The notes beneath the pieces were generated by a model. The model was given only the letters and a program-made list of their open reading frames with translations. It searched no databases and was not told the origin of the DNA. The position numbers were made by a program, and so were the translations under genes. From the NCBI GenBank assembly GCA_964270895.1, contig OZ185439.1: a stretch of 64,000 nt of DNA. One strand, 5' to 3'. The DNA is from Podarcis filfolensis (Eukaryota). Of the stretch, positions 1 to 64,000 are shown one piece after another (position 1 is the stretch's first letter; each line of letters opens with the position of its first letter).

Positions 1-567
1 ACTAATAAACTTGTATAAGCTTTTTGTGATTGGTTTTTCGACTCCGCCGATGTACTACATCATACCTTACATCAAAAAGAAAAAGTATGATTTATTTAAC
101 TTGCTCTATCTACCCTTAGAAAAGCACATTTGTAAGTTCTGATACTACATTTAATAGTTTCACTGAAGTCAGACTGTTAAACATGTGAATACAATCCTTT
201 TTCTTTGCTAGCCCCTTCCTGTACTAGTCCTTTATGGGTTTTATTCTCTTCAACATACGTATATAACTCAGTATTGCTTACTTAAAAGGACGAAAATTTA
301 AAAAATCAATTAATCAATAAATCTCTGACAAAATGATCGTTCCAGAAGAGAGCAATTTCTGTATTTGAAGGGAAGGTGAAATTAAAAAGGAATTCAGTTG
401 CAATATTGAGTTTAAGGCAGCTGCTTTCTGAGGAGCAAATTTATGGATTTGAATAAAACCTTAAATTAGTATCTGACTTTCTCTTTATATTTGTAATTAT
501 GCTTGGCTCTGGTGTACTGAAATGATCTCCAAACCTTACCTTGTTCATATTATTTCCTGCACTTCAG

Positions 568-16767
<16,200 letters not shown>

Positions 16768-17062
16768 ATTTGTTTTAAGGAAAAGGGATGATAGGTTGCC
16801 AGGAAAGCAGTGGAGCCCAACTCAAATCCTGACTCTGAATCGTCGGAAGTATGTGGAAATTTTTATGGATTATATTCTAGAAGGGTTGGGATACTATGAG
16901 ATTGTAGACAAGGAATCAATTGTACATTTAAGCAAAAGGTACAACATATGGAAGTTGTCACGGTATGCTGTAACTTGATCTTTGACAGTCTAAAGACAGA
17001 ACGGATAATCATACATAAATGTAAGGCCAGCATATTGCAACAGAAGTCTAAGAGAATATGGA

Positions 17063-17068
17063 ATTAAA
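17063..17068 (+). terminator. Candidate PCCB polyadenylation signal ATTAAA
   Basis: First canonical-type hexamer after the stop (about 300 nt downstream), followed by a T/GT-rich tract. The first AATAAA is not until 18535-18540. Confidence 0.4.
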
Positions 17069-18161
17069 CTATTTTGTTTCCTTTAAACAAGACTGTCTGT
17101 GGGGAGATTATTTGTGGATTAGATTCAGAGGATAATAATGCAAAACAGGATTTAACTCTTGCAAGGGGAGATGGAAATTACCTGCATGGGATTCATCGCA
17201 AGAAAATATTACAGGATTTCAAGGTTTTCTAATGCAGATGTTATTCAGTATAAATTTCTTAGCTGTCAGATTCTGGTCTCATCAGCTACCTAACAAGACT
17301 ATTCTCCTACCGCAAGAGATTGTTTTAGGCCTCTGAGAGGCTTGTGGGAAACGATTCTCCTTTGTGCCTATGCATAATACTTCTAATTGAGGAGCCCTTA
17401 TGCCAGGTAGAACGAAGCAGGCCAAAATAAGTTCATTCATTCTGGCCTGATATACCTTACATACCTTGAAAATAGTCTCCTGCCATCTGAAACTGGATAT
17501 TATTCAAAATTTCTCTGTTGTCTCTATTAATGCAGGCACCTTTTGCCAATTTCTACAACCTTAAATCCCTTTCTTTCATAGCTACAAAGCCAAGCAGAGG
17601 TCTCATACCTTTTTAGAAAACATTTTGGATGTTTATAAAAATTAAATTTTGTGCTCAGACTATAAATGTGATGTGTGCTAAATTTGATTCCTGAAAAGGT
17701 GACTGATTAGTAAACACCAGGTGATATCCACTTGAAATCCATTTATTTCAACGGGACTAATATGAGTATGATTTGTTTTGTCTTGTTTTTGTTTTTAAGG
17801 ATGGGTTGCCCTGTCCCAACTAGTAATATACAGGTGTGGTGCTTTTCAAACAAACCTGTATTGTAAAGCTATAACTAAAGCTGCACATCAGAGATTAATT
17901 CTGTTCTGATCCCACTTCAGGAAGCAGATTGCTTTTATCAATCCAGTGCTTCATATATTTGGGGAAATGAACAACTTAGGTATATAACATTTTTACTTTT
18001 TGACAGAACTGAAGTTTGCAGGCATAGATGCCCCTTCTAACAGAAAGTATCCAGCAGAATTCTAGGCAGAAAGATGGTAGTGGGGTTTTTTTAGGTGGGG
18101 GGGGGGGGTCACGTATGTGATTTGTATGAAGAAAATGGTACATAACATAGCTGTAGAGGTA

Positions 18162-18514
18162 AAAAAAAAAGGTAAAGGGACCCCTGACCATTAGGTCCAG
18201 TCATGGCTGACTCTGGGGTTGCGGTGCTCATCTCGCTTTATTGGCCAAGGGAGCCGGCGTACAGCTTCCGGGTCATGTGGCCAGCATGACTAAGCCGCTT
18301 CTGGCAAACCAGAGCAACGTACAGTAATGCCGTTTACCTTCCCGCCGGAGTGGTACCTATTTATCTACTTGCACTTTGATGTGCTTTCGAACTGCTAGGT
18401 TGGCAGGAGCAGGGACTGAGCAACGGGAGCTCACCCCGTCGCAGGGATTCGAACCACCGACCTTCCGATCGGCAAGCCCTAGGCTCTGTGGTTTAACCCA
18501 CAGTGCCACCCGCG
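18162..18514 (-). mobile_element. Sauria SINE, full length
   Basis: Head cgcgggtggcactgtgggttaaacc...ggttcgaatccc; tail ccctttacc+T-run; 10-bp TSD tgtagaggta (18152-18161 and 18515-18524). Confidence 0.92.
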
Positions 18515-19236
18515 TGTAGAGGTACACCAAGCTAAATAAAACAAAGTTGTTGGGGAGTTATGATGAACAAAAAATAGTGAGGCTGCTTTTTGATACTGTT
18601 TTCTGCTCAGTTAACACCAACTGACAACTTCACATTTATCCCCAGAACAAAAAGGAGAATCCTGGTAAAGTTATTCCCCGGTTGGAAGCTGGAGCTGTCA
18701 GTAGCAACCTCAGTAGTGGCTGGTGTCTTTTGGGACCAGTAAACCATAAGGCAGGAGGCCAAGAGCAGGTGAACACAGAGCCAGTGCCTACCAATGAATT
18801 GTCCCCATCTTCTTCCCTGATGCAAGTGCCAAACTCTTGACTGATTAGGGCAGGCTGAGGTTGGTGGGGGCAGTGCCACATTCATCCTTCTGGGCCAATA
18901 CCAACTCTATACCCACTTTTTCTTTCCCCTTTTTTTTTGTGGTGGTGGTGAATTGTAGCATTTCTTAAGACTGTTTTTGCATCCTTTGAACTGGACCCAA
19001 AGCTTCTGGAGTAGTTCAGATTGCTTTGCGCCACTGAAGTGCTCCAACACACCTGCTTCATTTTTTAAAATTTTGGTAGTTTCTTTTAATAAGCAGCAGT
19101 AACATAGAAAATCATTCATTGGGTTAGATGCAGGGAGAGACCCATGGAAGCCGGATGGAGAAAGTATTACTTTCCTTCCTCTTCTGAGGGTCAAGGGACA
19201 CTCCTTAATGGGATGGACTGTGGTTGAGGGGAAAAT

Positions 19237-19990
19237 ATGAATGAATCAATTTATTTCGGTCACTGACCAGAGTACAACACATATAACAGCAGAGAGCATA
19301 CAAACAAAAATAGATTAAAATTAAGGTCTATGAGCTAATACATAATAAATAATTCAGATATAAAACAGCTAAAGTATGTAAGCTAAAACCTTAAGCACTA
19401 ATTTAAAACATATTAAGACATTGGCCGTTAGATTCATTCAAAGCTTGTATCCTTAATTTTACAGTAGAAGCACAGAATTTAGCCACTTTTAAGGTAATCT
19501 CTGGTTCCCTGTCCTCTATTAAGTATTTTAAGTACTAATCATCAGTTCTGCTTGGGGTTTACTGCATGATTGGCGTGATAAATATAATGTGTATAGCATT
19601 GTAGTAATGACAGTGTAGCAGGGCATGCGTAGCAGTTTCAACTTCCTTCAAACCACACAGGCATGTTCGCTGTGAATATGGTTTGCCTTCAAATCTGCCC
19701 TGCAGTAATGCTGATGGGAAGATATTAAATCTGGCAAGGGTAAGAGCTCTTCTAAATTTGTGTATTTCTGTTTTGGAAAAATACCTTGCTGGAGTAAACC
19801 CCCTCCCATTATCTTTAATGTCTAGATACTTTGTCATTTCACTCATGTGGCATTGCAGCTCAACACCCCATATTCGTTGCTTACTTGTGGATGTGGCTCT
19901 CTCATATCAGAGCCTGCAGTGTGAACCCTAGACTTCTCAGTTTCTTTTGCAGCGAGGACTTCCATTTTGTTTGACATGTTTGACAATTAA
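19237..19990 (-). mobile_element. Non-LTR retrotransposon 3' fragment with C-terminal CCHC knuckle (RTE-X-like)
   Basis: ORF 19559-19846: FRRALTLARFN...GRF...RTCLCG..EVETATHALLHC..Y. Upstream reads KQRIWGVELQ. The 3' end has a ggtca-c-tgacc hairpin, then aataaa, then an attc repeat. The clade assignment is inference. Confidence 0.6.
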
Positions 19991-22739
19991 AATCAAGGGT
20001 GCCAGACTTACCGGGAAGAAAATTAATTTTAGCCAGTAATGGAGCTTCAGAATCCATATCCAGGACCAAACTGGGATTTGTCCACGGGGAAAAGATAGTT
20101 AGAAAACTGGGCTAACAAATATTCAAAGCCTTTGACAGAATAGTAGTAATAACAATAGTTCTAACCCATAATGGACAGACTAGAAGTCCTCCTGTGTTAC
20201 GTGCATAGGTTCAGATGAAGTAGATATTTAGTGCACACAATACAAAGACCATGAAAAGGTAATTTGGAAAAAAATTGGTCACTGTTTATTATATTGGAGT
20301 AATCTGTTCCAAGATTCTTCTGTAATTGTTAGTAAAACTACAATAAATTTCCAATACAAACAATTTAGAGAAGAACTATACAAACGGGTATTTATGTAGC
20401 CCTAAGTATTTACAAGTCCCACCTTTAAGTCCACCTCATCTCTGCAGAGCTCTTGTAATTGAGAGGGTGAGTTAAGACAGCAGTTGAAACACATTTACAA
20501 GTGTGTTGGTAAGTAATGGTTATTAACCATAGACAAAACAGGGTTAAAAGAGACTATGTAATTGACATGGTTAGGGACAGTGGATATGCTAGAAACAAGA
20601 ACAGCATGGACTCATAACAATGTATTTGAGGTCAGAAGGAAACAAGGTTCATAAGTCAGCAATGTTAATATTCCTGTTTGGTATGCAGAAGGTGGATGCA
20701 TTCCTCATCTTGTTCCAATAACAGAAAGGATTACCATTTACGAGCATTTTAATGAACACATTGGGATAATTAATTTGGACAAGACCACCTGCCAGCATAC
20801 TTGCACCATTCAAGATTAATTGAACTAATAAGAGTAGCAGCTAGTGATGGACAGGACAATATCAAAAAGGCAAGATAAAGCTGGCTGATGCAGCCAGAGA
20901 ATACTGTCACAAGTTGTTCTAAATGACATCTCCCAAGACAACAAACAGGCACCTTAACACCCGATGTATTAGTAATGCCAGGCAAAAACTTCAAGTATCA
21001 AGGTAGCGAAGCACATGAGCTCTATTAAGACTAGAGCATCTTTGTGACTAACTCCTTTAACCTTATCCACATTTTCCTGTCTATGGTTGGCAGCCCTTTA
21101 GGGCAGAGAGATTTTGCAGCAATAGAGCACCTGACATGTATGCTACTACTAAAGCTGCGGGCATGAAAATTACAAGTAATATTTAAACCTAAGGACATTT
21201 GTACTTATTAGGGAACCAAGAAAAGAAAATTATGACTAAAAGTGGGACACTAAACCACAAATTTTCCACTGCATTGCTGTTCCAATATTATTATCACTCA
21301 AGTATCAATATTTAGTCCAGGGTTCAACAACCCTATAAAAATAGCAGATGTTCTGTACAACAGACACTCGCTGTTTTTTCGTATGGGTTTTCACAATTGT
21401 ACAGAATTCCGAAGTGTGTTCTATAATCTGTGTTTAAGAGAACAATTATTGTTTGCCAATGAATAGATTGGATAGGGTCACAATAGAAAAGTTGATTACT
21501 ACTTCTAGAAGTTGGATAATTTTTCTCCTTGCTCAGTGTAAAGCTGCTGCACCCTTTGGGCAAGGAAGTTTCCTTTGTCAGAGGGTGAATTTAAAGAGTC
21601 CAAAGAGATAACAGTACTTTATGTAGACCTATTGAATCAACTGTGGTTGACATCAAGTTGCTGTACAAATGTGTTGCATGGCTTCTGGACTCTACTGGTA
21701 GAAATAAATAGCCAAAAATGCTAAAATCCAGACACTTATCTTCTACCCCTGCCCACCCAAGATAAGATACAGAGGAGCTACAGGCATTCTGTCAATAAGA
21801 AATATAGGAGACCACATATCTGGAGAGATCTTTTTTAAAAAAAATAAAAAAATAAATATTAATTTACACCCAACCAATCTTACATCATGGAACCAGAAGC
21901 CATATAATATTTGTTAAAGCCAGTCTACAATCTATCGTGTGATGGTAAGTTGTTCCATTCTCAGGTGTTTGCCAGGTGTAGAGAAAAGAACAAACAAAGT
22001 GCTTCACCTCATCAACTCAGACAAGGAGATAGACTGTGGAAACCCAACTCAAGTTTCTGTCCAATTTCAGTAAAAAAGATTGGCTGAATTCTGTACTTTT
22101 TCTTTCACTGTCAAGTAAGGTTTCATTTACAGGAACTCCCATTTCAATGTGCAGCATAACAACAGATCTTCCAAGTTGATTTATTAAATGCTTATTTTTG
22201 AACTTGTTATGCTTTTGTATAAATAACCACCAAAGTGGTGGCAGGAGAGGCTTGGGCAATAAGTGTATTGACAGGAGAAATGAGGAATGTCTACTGAATT
22301 CTGGAGGGCTTTTGTACACACCTACTGCACAGTCATGAGGTGGTGGTTCTTTCAATGAAAGCAGGAGACTTCCGAATCCTGTACCATCAATTGGATTCTG
22401 CAAAGTTTTCTGCGCACGTTACAGGTCACAGTATCAGCCCCAATCTCAACTCCACATGCTCTGAATCTATTTACTTGAATTACACCTTAGGTATGGGTAA
22501 GGAACAGCAACTGCTTGGGGAAATGTAAGGTTTTCAAGATGCTGCAATGTTTCACTTAAGGGTGAAACATGTTCACTCTTACTGCAGAAGGAAAAACCCT
22601 CAATGTCTGATCTGCCCAGAATGCTGGGCAAGCAGCAGGATTAGCACACTTTCAAGCTTCACTATAGGAAAATATTTAGTGGAAGACAGACCAAACAGAA
22701 AGCACCCATTTTCAAATGCTTTTGTGGAAAGGACTCCAC

Positions 22740-24890
22740 TGCACATGTGATTTTGAGGAGTTTATTAAAGGAAAAGTGAAGCATCAGTTTTAAATTGTAC
22801 AAAAGGAAAAAACCTCAAATTGTAAATGTACAATTTACAGAATTACTAGCAAAACCAATCAAGGAGACACATTTTTAAAAACCTATTGACCGCAAACTGA
22901 ACTGGAAACCCATTGGAGGTAACTTACTTGTAAACGGCTTTTCTTTTACAGAATTCTATAAGGATCAATTAAAATTCAATTTTCCATATGAAGGGCTGTG
23001 GAACACAAGGTTTGTCTCTGATGGATTTAAACCACCAGCAGCTATGCCACTCTGCCCACTACACCGATGTGCTACTGCACCATTTGTGTCCACTGTTTTG
23101 CGAGAACTTGTACTTTGTCCTGAAGCACCAACTCAGTGACTTTAGCAACTTTTCAATTCCTAAACAACTGCCTTGCTTGAATTATTAGATGTTTTTGGCA
23201 ACCAAAATTTGAGTACTGTACAATTTTAGGAGGGGAAATCCCAACTAAATGATTTGATTTAAATGTTGTCTTTGTCTCCCAAAAGGCAAGTAAGCATTGG
23301 ATGCACCTTGATTCAATAAAAGGACCTTTATGGGAGGTAGGTCAGAGTTATTTTGCAACTGCTATCAAAAAACACCTCTGAAGCAGGTATATTAGAACTG
23401 GGTCAATTTAGATCTGCTTTAAAGCACACTAACATTTAAACTCCAAAAAGAAGACTAGTTTGGCCTCATTTTTACAAATGGTCTTATTAACAGGAGCTGT
23501 GCTCACCTCCGAGGAACAAAATCAGTCCTTTAACTACATTAGCAGCTACCAGTAAGAATCATACTATCAAAGCAGAGTGAAAGTCCAGATCATTGAAGAC
23601 ACTGAAAATATCTTAGAACAAATAATTAGCTGATTGTTTTTTGGATTGTTCTGCTTTTTAGAAAATCATTTAATAATTACTCTTAATAATGCACAGTTAA
23701 CACTGAGAATGTAGCTGTATTCCATTGTAAGCTTAAGAACGTCACCATCTAAGCACAAGTTTCTATGCAGCACATACAGTAAATCTAACTGGCAAAATTA
23801 ATTTACAAAAATAGCACAAAAGGGTATTTACGGCATGGAAAGTTAGACACTTCTCTATGGTACAGTTAAAATTGCTTTGAAAATGCAAGTGTGACTTCTG
23901 TCTCCCTCCTCCCACCACCCCACCCGGTGATTTGCATTCCTCAGGAAAGTTGCTGCTTTTGTACCTCAGATCTGACAGGCCATGAGATAGGTAGTAGAAA
24001 CAGCAAATAGATTACTTTAGAACCACTGGTTTGTTTTTCTGAGAATATTTTATTTGCTGGTATAAGTTGCTAAAAATGCACAGAACAAGTACCAATAGAA
24101 AATGTGCTGTTTGTGTGTTCCCCTAGTGCTATATAAAATGAATGTTACACAGCGTCTGTTGGAAAAGTGGCTTATGGACATCTCTTATTTTATGCCCTCT
24201 TATAAATAAAAAATAAATCTTCTCAGAAGTATAAAATCTGGGGATTTTTTCTTTTCAGAATCTGACTTTTTGGCAGAGATGCATACACCTGACTTCTAGC
24301 CTCTTTTGCAAGAGTGTTCCACTTTCAATGGTCAGAGAGGATCTAGAAGTGTACCATACTGCTAGTCACATCCAGTGCGTTTAACAACACTTCTCCAGCC
24401 AGGATGGCCTGCTGATAGCATCACTGCTGGTCAATGGCTGACAGGCATAAATTTAATAAAATGGCTAGCTTCTAAAACATAAAAAGGCAAATGTTAAAAC
24501 ATTTTGAAGTTGTACAGCAGAAAAATAAAGTTAAAAAGTTTTGTTTTCATTCAATGTTTTCTGAAAATGTGTAGAACAGTGTTTATTTTTTAACTGTTTT
24601 AATTTAAAAGCTTCTCCCCATCCAGGAAAAAAAACCTGCATTAGGACTGTCAAGGACAGGGAAACAAATGATTTGTAGGTCAGCCTTTCTGAGGTGACTG
24701 GCCAATATTCCTTGTTTCATTAAGAAGCTCCTCTTCTCTCTCATTACAAAAAGGAAATGACCTTAATAATTTGGTTAAAAATCAAACCAAATCACATCAA
24801 AAATGTGGTTTTCATATAAGCTATCACAGTATATAGGCCTTGAGCTCTAAAGAACAGAGTTCCACATTTGTATAGTGTCTTCACCAGACT
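22740..24890 (-). other. STAG1: STAG1 3' UTR (inferred, about 2.1 kb)
   Basis: AT-rich tract after the stop with no recognisable transposon. AATAAA occurs on - at 24582-24587, 24049-24054 and 22761-22766. The proximal part resembles the human UTR as recalled. The distal end is inferred. Confidence 0.6.
22761..22766 (-). terminator. Candidate distal STAG1 polyadenylation signal AATAAA
   Basis: tttatt on +, preceded in transcript sense by a U-rich tract with TGTA motifs (ttttgtacaatttaaaac). Confidence 0.5.

Positions 24891-64000
<39,110 letters not shown>

Noticed and set aside
22017-22403. 128-aa minus-strand ORF downstream of STAG1
   Set aside because: No recognisable motif, no convincing splice context, and a length that can arise by chance.

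Overview
Vertebrate genomic DNA, most likely from a lacertid lizard (Podarcis/Lacerta/Zootoca-like). That assignment is inferred from Sauria and Squam3-type SINEs and lizard-type CR1/L2/MITE repeats. The window holds two convergent, tail-to-tail genes. PCCB (propionyl-CoA carboxylase beta) is on +, with exons 2-15 at 568-16767 (476 codons plus stop); exon 1 lies upstream of the window. STAG1 (cohesin subunit SA-1) is on -, with the 3' part of exon 5 through exon 34 at 64000-24891 and an inferred 3' UTR of about 2.1 kb. I placed every exon by hand from its translation and its GT-AG boundaries; exon numbers and human comparisons come from recalled human gene structure. Introns are short and contain CR1, L2, L1-like and RTE-X-like LINE fragments, tRNA-derived SINEs and hAT and Tc1/mariner MITEs, several with target-site duplications (TSDs). 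Almost all ORF-track entries are exon read-throughs, transposon remnants or noise. I found no CRISPR array, rRNA, true tRNA gene or clearly new biological system. The most unusual observations are a 29-bp SINE-tail-only insertion with a perfect 13-bp TSD, a perfect 28-bp-stem hairpin in STAG1 intron 10, a young CR1 with a fold-back 5' junction plus a near-identical sister nested in an older CR1, a 2-codon deletion in PCCB exon 14, and an exon-6-like cryptic acceptor in PCCB intron 6.
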